Assembly: GCA_002633005.1 (NCBI GenBank)
Contig: NMRA01000559.1
Coordinates: 1 to 64,000 of the forward strand
DNA: 64,000 nucleotides
Direction of reading: 5' to 3'
Origin: Phoronis australis
Taxonomy: Eukaryota > Animalia > Phoronida
Shown: piece after piece, positions 25,846 to 40,400 of the stretch
Position numbering within the stretch: the first letter of the stretch is position 1
Layout: the number at the start of each line of letters is the position of its first letter
The notes under the pieces: model-generated
Database searches by the model: none
What the model was told of the DNA's origin: nothing
Seen by the model: only the letters and a program-made list of their open reading frames with translations
Made by a program: the position numbers and the translations under genes

Positions 25846-28309
25846 TTAACAGGCCCTTCCAATCCCTGCAGGAATCACATCTCATCCGGTTAAGGGACGA
25901 GTTAAGACCAGCTGCTGTAGGGCCGCATCCCGGCCGCCGCCAAATATACTTTTGATTTTGACTTCTTACCACTATTGAATTGGTTTCAACTCATTCCTTA
26001 CTCAGCCGAAGAACTTGAACTGATTATTTTACGCAAAGGATGATGTGACAATTCCGCCGGTGTCGCGTCAGTATCAGACCATTATTGAAACACAAAATTT
26101 CCGTTGTGACTACCTGGCAGATAATCGAGTCTGATCTCGGCCGGGGTAAATCCGAACTGCCACGCCGTTTCAATCCCTGGGCAAAGGACGAGTTAAGACC
26201 AGATTTATAATAATAAGTGTCCGAAATCTAAAGTTAATTTGACAGGTGTGTTTATAGCCACTTTAAGAACTAGTTCGTTGAGTGTCATTGGTTTAAAGCA
26301 GAAGGACGTTAGAAGTTACTTACCAATCGGTTATGAAGCCTAGTACCGTATATGGAACGCTTGCCGGGACGTTAATCCTTATATCTCCCCAGCTCAATGT
26401 CCTGTCCTTTCTATTAGACTAACGCTATGTTAAATAACAAAAGAGTCCATGTGATGTCGGCGTGCAATAGATGGACGCACGTTAAAGAAGGCGTGGTTTG
26501 AATTCAAATGCCTTTCCAAATACTGTAGGCTTTGCGATTTGCCTTATTCCCCGTTACAACTTGTTCGCGGTCACCATGGTCTCCCGTACTATACAAAAAG
26601 TGACTCGGAGATTTCTTTTAGGGGAGACGTTGTTCCGGAATAAGGTTCTTAACTGCCTTTCTTCCTCTTCCACCGTGTGGTCGGCAAACTCATCTGAGGT
26701 AGTCGCATATGGAAATCTGGGGCGAGAAACATGCCAGTCGCCAGCCAGTGTTAACGTGAGTATATGAATGGAAAACCCCAGTCGTTGGCGAAGCGGGTCA
26801 CTGAATTATCTAGATACCAACTATGTGGTCGCAACTCCAATTCAAAAAGTTAACATGGTGAAGGTGTTTTCCACGTTTCGGTTCCTTGCTTGAACAGCAG
26901 TGACTCCACTGCCGTTTTTTATCATAGCTGACTTTTTCGTAGTCTTTTTTTCCCAGCAGCACTAGTCGATCAGCTGACACGTTAATCCCGCAGGCAATAG
27001 CTGATGATATATAAATAAGCTGAACTCGAATTACGTTCTACATTAACTTAAAACGGGAGAACAAATCGCTCAATTTTGTTTATAGTGAAAAGTTGTCAGA
27101 GTTCTGATAGTTTTCCCGAGATTTATACTAAACGAAAGAATGGTGATGCGTTGCGTTTGTGGCGGTTCCTGGCAACTCAGTATTGAGCTCTTTTGACTTT
27201 GCCGCGGGACATCCGAGAAGCGCGGATATGGCGCAAGTTTGTACACCGAACTCTCGTGTGGGACGAAACCGTAAAACAAGCTTTGCTGGCGGCCTCAGAC
27301 TGGTGGGTTAAGCGTTCCCACATAATTTCGCCGCTGGACTAAATTTTACGCCGCTTGCTAGTCTCATGTTCAGAAGGGAAGTAAATTTATTCCGAAAGTA
27401 AATGTCCGACACCACTGAAGTTAAGGTGCTTGCGGTCTGTAAAGAACGTTAACCGAGGTAGTAAAGGTGCAAGGGAAAGCAGTTTATGTATTTTACTGAA
27501 AAACTGCGAGGTTTATCCATTTGGCATAACGTACACCCTTTATCCGTTGGAAAGAATTTTTAATCATTCGCAAAATATGTCATCAAACCCAAAGAAGGAT
27601 AACGTTTTCAAAACACAACCCCGTGAAAAAGGTGAACTCTTTTTCGAGGTAGATCTTATTTAGTTTTTAGTGTGCACGTTTCGACAGCTATATTCCTGAA
27701 GGTAAATGATGAATTGTTTGCTGGCTATGACTGGTATGGGAAAATAAGATTAGAGCCCCAGGTAGTGCCTATTTTTACAAGTAGTCACCGGACACTAGCT
27801 TGCCTCCGCCGTCCTAGAATTGTAAGGAAGTTGAAAATGTCTATAGTTTCACAAAGATTAAAATATTCTGAAAATTTTGGGTGTTTCTAGTAGTTTGACT
27901 CTCTTTTGCGATGAACGAGTCAAATTCTTAGGGACGAGTACACCTAGTTCATTCGAGGGGGCCTAGTTTTGTTCTCTGTAGGCTAAATGTTGTGAAACAT
28001 CTAATACAAATGATACATGAGCGACGATTTTCTCAGTTTTCCCAGACTTCATTTTTATCACCAAACAAAGCTATTACAATGATATTATGCCTTCGACGTC
28101 TGTAACAACGTAAAGCTCACTGTATTATTCAAATTTTTTTCGGGTCATATATTATCTATGCGCCCTCTCTAGAGTGGCGTCGGTATGACAATTAGATTCT
28201 TGTTATGCGCTCCGTCAAACTCTACAGTGATGGTTAAAAAAATAAATGAATTGGTTTGTTTGGGTTTTCCTATTGAATACCCGGCTGATATACAACCCAC
28301 TGAAAAACC

Positions 28310-28580
28310 ACTTTAACTCGGAAAACACAGTTATGTTTTCCAAGCAGAGGCCTTTGCAATTTCTGAAGTTGTAGAAAAACATTGTGAAAAGAGAATCTAT
28401 GATAAATCTATAGCCGGGCAGCTATAAAAGCCTTAAACAAACAATGTTTTGAAATCGCTATACTGTTCAGCAGTCACTAACCTAAATAATTTAGGTAAAT
28501 AGAATAGTACCACAGTTGCCTGGACGCCTGCCTTTGGACGCGTTGGCATCCGGGAGTGATAACGACGCGATAGATTGATT
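28310..28580 (+). mobile_element. RNase H fragment of a non-LTR retrotransposon (I/R1/Loa group)
   Basis: LGKHSYVFQAEAFAI...RAAIKAL...LNNLGK*NSTTVAWTPA..VGI, with stops and frameshifts. Confidence 0.65.
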
Positions 28581-30018
28581 ACAGGAACTTGGTTCAGAAC
28601 TTGAATTTCAAGGACCTGAACCAATGTTACCCGTCCCTTATGCCTCCTGCGTTTTAGGAATAAGGATTGGTCATTAAAACGATGGAAACATCTTGGACTA
28701 ACAGAAGTGGCTGTAGAAGAACAAAAGAGGTGGTGAGCTGAGTAACTCCCAGACTTACCTCCAAGCTTTTGAGTCTGACCAGGTTGAGACAATTATTAAA
28801 TTTCAGTCAACTTTAAGATCAAACTTAAATTTAAGTCCGTTTCCAAAAAGGGGTATCCACTTCTTTACTTACGTTTTGTCTTAATTTTGACTAACTTACC
28901 GGATGTGGATGTTTCAAAGTTCGGAGGTTGAGATGAATCTTAGAATTGAGTAAAAAAATGAACTTAAATCAGCGTCTTGGAACTGTCCACAGATCAACGA
29001 TACACAGAAAGCAAAAGAGGAAAATGCCTGGTGCTTATAAAACCAGATGGTACACTTGGCGTCTCAGTGTTACGAGGCGTTGCACTCTGAAAGGATCATA
29101 CGAGATGGCACGTGACCCATGTATTCTAGTGTTTCTAGTGTTAGGGCTTGCGACCTTGGCACTAAACCGTACGGGACTGGCCGCGACAGTTTGAACTGTG
29201 AATATCCGTTTGTATGGTCGACTTAGTTTTGATCGAATGCTGTAGTTATCACATCAAGCGTGACTTCATTGCTTCGTTTTCATTTTGTAATTTCTGTTCA
29301 TAATTGAATAAGGGTGGCTGATCTAGGATACCATAAGGGGGGGCAACATGTTGCCTCAGGGAATTGGGCAAAGCTCGAGTATATGTGCACAGGCGGCCCG
29401 AAAGTTGCTTGGCCGGGGTTTGTGGACCTTCTGTCCGCGGGAAAATCTATCGGTGGACTAAAATAGTAAAAGGGAACACGATTCCCCCCGCGATCTGGGG
29501 TTTGAGCCCCCCCCCGTCCGCTACTGGTTCTAGTGTCTGAACTCAATATTTCCTCACGCTTCACGCTGTTGCTGTTTTATTTTGCTTGCGGCAGCCTGGG
29601 GGGGCGCCCCCTAAATCCGCCTATGAATAATCAAGACACGACTCCAGACAACCAGCGATATCTCTAAAATCACTTGTCTAGAAACCCAACAATTACACGT
29701 CTGGCCATTCTTTATAATCACTGACCCGTGGACCTGGCTGGATGCCGGAAATAGTCTAACATCCGATGTCTTTTCAGCTCCAATCCATTTTCGACAACTT
29801 ATCAAGCGATTTGTTAGAGATTTTTCAAATAAGACATTTTGAGTGTTAAAATAGCATATTTTACGAAAAGAAGTGGCATTTCATATATAAGTGTTTGTTT
29901 TGTAATTTCTAATTTTTATAGTCTCCTTTTGAAGAATTTGAACCCGTAATACTGCCTTATCAGAAACCCTATACAATTTTTGAAGCAGTGGTAAAAATGA
30001 ATGTGTGTGCGTGTGCGA

Positions 30019-30080
<62 letters not shown>

Positions 30081-30396
30081 GTGTTTATGTACTTGTTGTT
30101 TCAATAATACAATTGTATATTTTCATGGATGAATATTAAAAAAGTTATGCAATTATAAATGAAAAGTTTAGGCACTACTAACAGGTGTGGTTACGTAACT
30201 TTTGAAGATCTGCTCGCGTATTCATTAGCGTAGGTAAGCGCGTGCGTATAAATGCATGTACATATCATTACTATTTTCTAATATTTCTATAATAAATCAT
30301 TTGTGCAATGTTTATCTGTTCCCCAGATATTTTGGTAAATAAAGTTGATTTCTGAACATTAATGTTATCTGCAGTATGTACCTGTAACCGTGAAAT

Positions 30397-31657
30397 ACAA
30401 GAACAACACGGAGCGTTGAAATGCGCCCACAATAGCACCGCAAACGGTGTGCTTCTATGGGTGTTTTTAGTATCATAAAATGGCTACTAGATGGCGCAGA
30501 ATGCGTCAAACCCATCCGAATTGAGAACGTGGCGTCGTCTCTGAAAAACACAACTATGAAAGTAAGCCAAGGAACTCCTGAGTCACAGAGGTGAAAATAA
30601 AAAACACTTGACACTGGGGAGCACAGCTATAGTCTGATTTGTTTGAAACTCATAAACTCATGCGTCGTCTGATACCATGTCTATAGAAGTCCATCTGCCA
30701 AATTTTTCAAAGATCCTTCAAAGGGTTAACGAGATACAGCCGTAGATGCAAAAAAGCAAAATTGCCCTCAAGGGGCGCCAGAATAGTCAAAAACATCAAA
30801 AATCAACATCATCCAGGGTCTTCGCATTAGGAACACAACCGTCAATTTTCATAACCGTCCTTTCAGTGGTTTGGCATATAGCGAAGCACTGAGACGTCTA
30901 AAACATATTTGAATTTTTTTTAAAGGCCACCAGGTGGCGAAGAAAACACCAAATCTGTCCGAAAATGGGAACGTGTTGCTGAATTTCATGAAAATACATT
31001 CATGAACTCCGAAGATACAGAGGTAAACGTATAAAACATTTTGTTACTTGGGGGCACAGTGGTATCAGGATCAGTTCGACACTCGTTTCCGTTTGTCGAC
31101 GGCTCCATAGGAATACATCTTTCAAATTTCACAAAGCTCTTTCAGAGGATTGAGGAGATTCGGCCACAGACACAAAAAGAGAAACAAAATAGCCACTAGG
31201 GGGCCACACAGTAGTCGGATCCGTCCGAAAGTCAGCGTAAGTCGGAGCCTTCTCAACAGCAATACACCTATACATTTTTAAAATGATCTTTTGAGCGGTA
31301 TGGCAGACAGAGAGGCGGACGCCAGAAAATGAACGCAAAAATAACAAAACTGTCTGAAAATAGAACTGTATCATTGCATCCGCATTAGAAACCTATTTGC
31401 CAAATTTCATGAAAGTCCGTTAAGGAACTCCGAAGATACAGAGGTGAACGTAAGAAATTAAATTGCCACTAGGGGGCACAGCGGTATTTGGGTCGGTCCG
31501 AAACTCGTCGTCATCTGTGGTCAGCAATACAGAAACACATCTGCCAAATTTCAATAAGATCTTGCAAGGGGTTTAGCAGATGCAGCTGTAGACGCCGGAC
31601 GCCCAGACAGAGATGATGACAATATGCACCCACGTATAAACATGTGGGCGCAAAAAA
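30397..31657 (-). mobile_element. Helentron-associated (HINE/DINE-1-like) non-autonomous element, copy 1
   Basis: One end is acaagaacaacacggagcgttgaaatgcgccca. It has internal repeats with gccactagggggc and ends in a gacgccggac microsatellite, a cccac...gtggg hairpin and an A-run. Same family as 38399-39808 and 48762-50320. Confidence 0.65.
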
Positions 31658-34445
31658 GAATTCAATTCAATAGTTTGTGACAGTATAAGTTATCAAGCTC
31701 TTGGCGGACTGGTCAACTTTTTCTTTTTCCCGCCATCCCGCCACACCATTAAAATGTCCCGCTTTTTGACAAACGGCGAAATTGACATATTGTCATACAC
31801 GTATACTATTGTAAATTCTCACGATTGTAAATTCTCACGCGGCATAGCCCTATTTCTCCATTCGACTAAAAACAGATCCAAATGCCCGCTTTTCAACCCA
31901 CTTGTCCCGTTATTCATTCTCGAATGTTGACAACTATTCAACAGGTGTTCAAAATAACATTGTCTCTTTCTATGAATATTGTTATTTTCCAGAGCTTACT
32001 TTCTTTAGTAATGTAACAATCGTAAAAATATGTTCCAACGTCTCTTATTTACGGTAGTGCACACTACATGTATCAGTATCACTAATTTTTACTTTCTGAA
32101 GATTTTTTTCTAAACTTCTGTGTCCATTGCAATGAGCTATCCACGGTACATTTCAAAGCTACCAAATAGATTACTGCCCGTTTGTTATCTATTAGAAAAT
32201 CATTGTCTGCAAATTTCGGATAGATAGTTGACGTAATTATATTTAGTCAGCCGGCGAAACTTCTTGAAATAAAGTTTTGATGGCAAAGTCATGTTAGAAG
32301 CACATATCACAATCATCGGAAACTATCGCTGATCACTGTTCGGAGGATTGCCAAACTCAAAATCACCACTGCCCCGGTAGAAGAGAGGAGGCAAGAATAC
32401 ATTAATGCTCTTGCACTGAATGCTCGCGGCAATCACTGCCCATTTAGTCCCGGAAATTGCCGTCAAACCTGGCCCAACCTGAATCAAGAATAGCTTGCAA
32501 CTCTAAATCTATGTCATCGCCTTGTTCTTTACTGTTCTGATGCCATTGACCTTGAAAATTAAGTAACTGTGTAGCATATTATGTTACATTTCACTCAATA
32601 TAACCGTTTATAGCTCATGTTATAAAACCGAACTAGAACAGGTAAAAATTAACTGTGCATGGAAGCTCGCTATGCTGAGTAGAAGCTAATTTTATAATTT
32701 TTGTTCTATAATATTACACTATACTATGTATTAAGGATTAGAATGGAACATTTAAACAAAACATGACAGTATTGTGTAGACACTTATATTAGGGCACTAA
32801 ATAATTGTATTGTATTGTCCAATGTTATTAGATTACTACCAGAATGTAAGAGTTCTTGAAATCTACTGGTTTTAAATCAAGTGTTTAAGTTACCGCTTTC
32901 ACAGAAAAATAGGTAAAATAAACGAAATTTGATGGCATGGCCAACTGTATCGCCACCGGAAATTACTTTATTCAAAATCATATAACGGGTATCTGAAAGT
33001 GGTATTTCGCCATCATGTATGGAGCATTTTCGGTGCGCGTGTGGAGTTGAGAAGATTTTTAAATAATGGCCACCTTAATTTGCATAAAGTATGCAAATTC
33101 ACGATTAAGTATATATTTATTTCTTGTAAAGGCCACCGGCCCACATTACAGTGAAACAAATTGACGGTAACTATCAGCGCACGGTCATTACGGAGTACAT
33201 AGAATGAATCATAACAGGTCACCTAACAATGTCTTTCTTTAGTTCTCTCCCTCCAGCAAGTATTTACAAATGTTTTTTAAATCATTACAGTTTTGAGAGT
33301 TTACAGTACTAACAAAGTTTCTAACACTGGCGTAATTTATATTCCACGTTGATCTCTGGCGGGTGTCTGAAAGGTTTTGCTGAACAGTTGTCCAAATTCC
33401 TTTGATTGAAAAATATGTTCCCACAGGTAACAATAGTTAGGGACCATCTCGATTCTATAATTAAAAATTCATGATTTATTCGTCTGCTAACTAGCATCAT
33501 AGTATGTCACTTGGTAAGGAAGTTGTTAGCAAAAGCAGAATTTTGCATAAAGGCAGTCTTAATTTGCATACTTAAAAATACTCAAAGTTGTCAAGATTGC
33601 AACCCAGCCCACATGGTTCTGGGGACCACCTCAACATGAAACATTTAAAAAGCTTAAGCTACCAAGAATTTCTAGGTCCCCCATTGCAACCCTACGCGGC
33701 TATGCCATAGCACTATACCGCGATTACATACATAGACCTGTATTCAGAATTTGACTCTGCTGAAGTCGAATAAGATCATTAGCTGCTGGGCTTCCATAAA
33801 TAACCGCACTGTGCGAACAATAACTGCTTTGTGCGATGGTTTCGTAGTACTTGAAAAGTAGTTATTCAAGTTTGTGTCATACCATTGGGGAGGAATGTGC
33901 AGGGTGGCACAAAAAAACGAACCCACAAAAATTTGTATAAATTTCTGAATTCTAATTCTTTCGGAAAAAAGCAACTAAATTCCAGGCACGCTGACGAGTG
34001 TGGTAAAAAACCTTCCTTCGACGATTTTATTGTTATTCTTGGTGGTTCTGTCCATTCTAATGGTCCTAACAAACACTTAACCATTCTGGGCTTGCAGGGG
34101 TTATCTAGTCGGCATAGTGGCTCATAATTTTGCGCAGGGTTGTAAATCATGAGTGTCGTACACACACACTTAGACCTTTTGAAATTGACAGAAAAGGTTA
34201 GTGAACAAGTGCTTTTGGAGCCCTGCTTTTAATGTACAACTGTCTCAGCTTAACAAAAGCTCATGGCTGAGAAAATAGTTGTTTTATTACTCCCTGTGGA
34301 TCAGTAAATAGCCGAGTTTAGAAGAGCTTCACAAAGGGATGGTGCCTGAAAACTAATGAATTGTGGGAGTTTTATCCCATCGCTCTAGAGATCCTTTACA
34401 ACTGAGTCGTAGCCAAATGTAATTTACCTATTTTATTTTATCAAG

Positions 34446-37400
34446 GCACCACTTGTCGGAGATCCGTTCTGTTACAAGCCATTTGTAGAGGAAGGCGAAG
34501 GATTCAAAGACACCGATCTCCTTTTGAGCCACACCATCGCTAAGCTGTTGAAGCCAAAGTTGCTTCAAGCATTGGGTAAAATAACTTGTGCTTAGTCTTA
34601 TGATACATGAACCTCCAACTCTGTATATTCTAAAATGGAAAGTCTTAGGTCGTGCGCATAAGCCATGATCAACACTTCTAATATCTGTTTATACTGTCTT
34701 CACGCATTTGCTAATATCGGGACGTTCCAATGGCCCAAAAACGTTTCTGGAGGATTAGACGCGAAATAGAATACACATTTTGCCCTCAAATTTCTCCGTT
34801 CAGGTTCTATATCAATGAGTTTATTGATATGCTCTCCTTAGGTCGAGACCTATATCTGCATCAACACCACTGACATGTCCTCACAACACATGTTTGTTTG
34901 AAAACTACGGACTGCAAAACTTCAGTTGCCCATTTCGGCATATCATAAACTAGCGCCAGTTGTCGTAATTGGCAGCTCGCGTAACTGCTTTTAGCAACAA
35001 GTTGAGTTTCAAATTTGATGCGTACAACTGTTTTCTGTTACGCGGGGAAAGTCGAAGACCCTTGAACTTTTTATGAATTTACTCGAATGGGTTTCTCATT
35101 TCAAGTGGTTTTCCCCATAAATTTGAAAAAACACAAATTTATGGATAACACTTCAACAGTCTCAAAATTACGGTTCATATTGGTGGCTCCACATCTGCCT
35201 TCCATTTTTATAATTTCAAAGGTCTCTTTGGAAAGATTTCGCTGCAAGATGTTTTTCTTAGTATCTTGTTATTTCAGTTTTAAAGACAGTTAATCGAAAA
35301 CTGAATGTCAAAAATCTCTCTTGGCCTGATAGATCAACGACAACAGATTTGCCACTCCGGTGTTTATATACGGGCCCACTTTCCTGTTAGTAGACTTAGC
35401 CTACTTGCCGGAAGTAAAACCGTGACTCACAACAGGCGCCGCTAGTGAATAGTGACTTCACAGCCAATGAGTGTAGGTCGCGTCTTCTGCGTATGAGTCA
35501 CAGATTTTGAGACTATACAGAGTTGGCGGCCCATGTATATGATGTCACCTGATCAAACACTCGCAGCAACGGAAACTGTTGTCGTGGTTCATCGCTTTAT
35601 ACAATAAAGGTTACACACTAGCCACAGGGATGTACTTGTATATCCCAAAAAGTATAAGCAGTGACTCTTAAAACTTAGTTCTATTACCAGCGTCGTAATT
35701 GTGTTGCGACACAAGGATCTTAGTCCTCGAAACTTGGAACTTGAAAATTGTTTTTGACATTTTCCGTTCTACTTTAGTGTGAAGTAAAGATAAGTGTTAT
35801 GGAACGCGCCTAGCCTCACCTTGAGACGAGTCATTTAGACTCATTCGAATACAATTGGATGCGTCAGAGTCGGACTCGAAAAGTAATTCTTAAGCATGTC
35901 AAGTACCGTCCCATTTCTGTTATCCTACCAATAAGAAGTTGTGGTGTGGTCAGTGATGACGTATGCTTCGATAGTCAGTTTACGCGCCAACTTAGCCGAC
36001 ACATGGTCCACCTAAACTACTTATGTATTCTAGCACAGAATAGTAAACACATACGTTGAGTTTCCAGAATAGTGTGAATGGAAAATGTAAAAAATCGAGT
36101 TCAACTTCGACCGCTCAGCACCCTGCAAATGGTGTTGGCTAGGGGTGCATTCCACACACAACACTCGCGAAAACCCACTAACAAAATTGCGGCCACAGAA
36201 GTGATTGGTCAGAATGCTCTAATGTTGAATTATGGGTTAGTCTTCTGTTTCCTTTCCTTAAGCGCGGGACATTTCGCGCCGCAACAAGTGCATCGTGATT
36301 GCCTTGCGATAGTGGAACGCGCCCCTGGTTAAAGTTTGGTTATCACTGGATGAGCTTTCAGCCTTTGAAACTAGCACATTGTTGCATGGCAACTTTGTCA
36401 ATTGTGTTTGAGTGAAATAGCTTTAAAAGAATTACCTAAATGTTTTCCAGAGGAAATGACCGTAGACGGCGAGACTACGTTTACTATATGCGACTACGCT
36501 GCAGCGGACGGATTAACTTCGATGGATAACATCAAAGATATAATAGGTTTGAATTTTATCAACAGCAAAAAGTTTCTTTCAGTCTGGGTCTTGCAAGTTA
36601 CCGCCCGATAAAAAGTGTTAAGTTTACCAAGGAAAGTGAAGAGCCAGTCCGCCTTATCTGCTCACTATTTGAGCTATATACTCGGCTGCTGCGGGCACAA
36701 CTGTTAGAAAAGTAGAAACGGTCTTGTAGTTTTATTCTGATTCCATACAAAATGAGAATTGAAAATGTCTACGCCCACAGCGGACTGGCCACATCATTGG
36801 CTGCCGCAATAAAAATAAAACAGCAAGAGCATTAGGGAAATGTGGAGTTTAGGAATTAACCCCGGTAATTAACATTACACGGCTGAAACAAGATTTAAAT
36901 GTGTGCAGTGTTAGTGTGTTGGGGGGGGGGGGGGGNGGGGGGGGGTCAGATCCAATTTCAAATCTCAAATTCGGAACACGGCGCAATCGTAACGGAACTA
37001 TGGCTAAGTATAGGCTCTCCCGCGATATCCCAGACGACCAGCAGTGGCGCTGCGCACTACGACTCCGTTTCCGTCGTCTGCTTCACTGTGCAATGAAGAA
37101 AATTTTTCTTCATTTTTTAAAGAAAATGGAATCTGAGTGACGATGAAAAAACAGAAGCTGCTGGTAAGATGTGAATTTTAATCGGAGCCTTAGTGAATCA
37201 CTCAGAAACTCATAACTCTCTCTTGTCAAACCTTAACTTAAGACGATTTCCAGAGCAATCGCCATTAACGCCAACACAAAAAACGGATTTGGTCTTTTGG
37301 GCAATTGAAGACTATTTTAAATACAACAAATTTGTTACGAACTGATTGCAAAAAAATATAAAAAGAGTAATAAACATTACAAAAAGAAGTAGGTTTCGCG

Positions 37401-40400
37401 CGCAAACGCTGTGGAACATAAACAAGTAGGTCTCTTAGAATAACATCACGAGTGAAATCGTGGTGGTGCAGTGGTAAAGCACGCGCGTTCTATCCGCCAG
37501 GTCGTAAGTTCGAGTCTGTGGTAATTGTAGTTTTTCAAGTTTGTCATGTTCATCGTTTTTTTTTTTCTTGGATAATACTTCAGGAATCAAGGAAAATGCT
37601 TCATTTTTAGAGGAAAACCAGAAAATTTTTCCTGGCCTCCCCCCACGCGGTGCTATGCGCATTTACAATCGTGCTTTGCGCAAATATTTACAAACAAAAT
37701 GTTGGGCACCCCCTTGTGATATCCTAGATCCGTCACTGCCGTGCCGGTTGACCTTTTCCCCAGGGCCCCTCCTTTGTAAACGTCTGTGAATGGCCCCCTT
37801 GGTTGGAAATGTAACACTATCTTAGTGACGAAAATGAGCGTACCCTTAAACGTGATGTGTGACATCAACGTGACGGGCACGTCTCATCGCATTATATCGC
37901 AATCGGAGACTTTCAAGAAACGACGGGGCGCCAAAATACCTTAATTTTGATAGGTGATTGTTCTTACCGTCTGTCTGTAGCTGTGTGGCATAGGGGAACA
38001 TTTCACACATTGCACTAGTTTAGACGTAATGCGTTAGTAAAATTGCCTCCTCGTCCTCTTGAGGCCACTACTATCGGGTCCCACGTGATCAGTCGTTGCT
38101 ACTCTCAGGTCTCTGACTGCGACGTACCTTGAGATTTCGCGACAACTTGTGTCAGACACCGACTGTGGCAAATAGACTGTAAAACCCGAAAACAGACTAG
38201 AGTTCAGTAACTCTAGGACCTACGACAGAACCTCGCTAAAATCTATACCCGAAATCACAGGTCCTCACTTAAAATACACTGCAATATCTTACGTAATATC
38301 GCGAAGTCTTGCTTTTTAGCGAGGCCCTAGCGTTACTGAACTGCGCAAAGAACTTGGAAACTTGCGCACAAATATCAAATCATTAATCCCGTCATTATTT
38401 TTATGCGCCCACATGTATGTGGACGCATTGTGCCGTCATATCCCCGTCCGTCCGTCCGGCGTCCGTCCGGCGTCCGTCGTCTGTGCGGGTCCGGCGTCCG
38501 CGGCTCCATTACAGCGTTCTGTCGTTCAGTAACTTTTCCAGACGTGAGGGGCTCTTTTGTTAACTGCCCAGCTCAGTCTTTTGTCCCGTATGATAACAAG
38601 CAGGCCAATTATCTCCCAGGCTTCAAAGGAAAGGTATGGTGGTTGCACGCTATTACCGAACGCGTATTCAGAATACAGTCAAACCCAGTGCGTTGGTTAT
38701 CCATTTGGACAGAATAGGTTGTCTTTCATTCTGTTGTAGTTGGGAGATTTTGGTGATTCAAAAACTTAAGATGATCAGCATTTGACGAGGAATTCAGAAA
38801 TGCTATTGGTTTAAGCTCAAATATGTTATAACTTAACTTTATTTTTATCAACCCAGCCCAGTGGCTAGATATGATGTGATCGGAGATTAGAGCAATTATC
38901 GAACAAAAGAGCGCAGGCCCTCCAACCATAAATACCAGAATGGAGTTGATCAGTTGTGTCAGATATTGGCTACGGGGATAAACTTCCCAACTTGTTGTTG
39001 GGCTATAGAATCGAACAAGTTGGGAGCAACGGGATGTCGTGGTCATGCTGTCTCCAAAACCGTTTTTCAAATGTAAATGCAATTTTACACATGTGTTCCT
39101 TTCATGGATGGGATGGCATGAGCGAACTTTCGGACGGGTCCAACTACCGGTGTGCCCCCTGGTGGCAATTTTAGATTTTTACGTTGACCTCTGTATCTTC
39201 AAAGTTCCTCAACGTATTTTCATAAAATTTGACATATAGACATCTATCAGTGAGATAACGCTATTCTTCCGTTTTTGGATGGATTCGACGTAGTTTGCGC
39301 CACATACTGGCCATTTTTACTGTTTTCTTTTAGCGTTCGCTCCTCTATCAACCAAACCTCTCTAAAGATGATTGTGAAAAGTGACATGTATAATCTTACT
39401 ATGAAGAGGACGATTGATGATGATTTTTCCGACAACTTTGGCTACTTTGGCGCCTCCTAGTGGTAGTTTTGTTTAGTTTTGCGCCCATAGCTTTATCTCC
39501 AAAATCCACCGTAGGATCTTTATTAAATTTGGTAAGTGTATTTATATGAAACTAACAACAAACGACGACTTTCGGGTGAATCCAATTTCATATTTTTCCG
39601 TTTTCCTTTGTTTCTTTGAAGATCCTTGACAGACTTTTATGAAATAGCTTTCTATTAAAGAAGCAATGTCATGTTCCCGTTTCCGGATAGATTCAACGTT
39701 TTTGCGCCATCTAGTGGCCATTTTATGATACAAATAAACAAACCTAGAAGCACACCGTTTGCGGTGTATTCGTGCTCGCACTCCAACGCTCCGCATTGGT
39801 CTTCTTATTAATAACTGTAAAATTAAGGTTATCATGTGGTCACCTGTGTGGATCTTCAGTCGTGACCAGAGAGGGCGCTGGCAGAGGACAGAGATGTGGC
39901 CACTTACCTTTAGGTCGCGACGTTTTCCTTGCTTTAAGTGAACAGTTTAATTTGTTGCTGTGATGAACTTGACAGCCAGAACATCCTGAGTCAAAATAAG
40001 TACGCTATAGAATGTCACCAGGGGGCAGCACTTCTGCAATTTCACCACTTCAGTTCGACAGCAGGTTATCTCATAATTCCGGCTGAATGTTGTGACACAT
40101 AAGTCCAATTTGATATTGCTAATTAGCATTTCTCTTAATTTTAAAATCAAAGCTATTCGCTTGTTTAAGCACATTTGATTCAGGCCAGAACAGAAGCACG
40201 AACTTTAAAATTAGTGCGTAAGTAAATAACGACATATCTATCCAACGTTTCGGTTTATTACTCTAAACCATTGTCAAGGAAACAGTTCATAAACTCAAAA
40301 CAGCCGACACAGGTAGAGAAGAGACTGTACAGGTACACGTGAAAATGCATTGTGAGGGGGAGAGACCAAAAATCAAAACAGTTGGAGCTCAAATGAACCA

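Noticed and set aside
27008-27390. TATATAAA and ATGTTCAGAAGGGAA|gtaaat as a possible SABATH-B promoter and first exon
   Set aside because: Phase-compatible, but short motifs like these are common in AT-rich DNA and nothing independent supports them.
37459-37520. tRNA-like sequence with A and B boxes
   Set aside because: No closed acceptor stem; it looks like a SINE head, as do 22670-22725 and 55720-55780.
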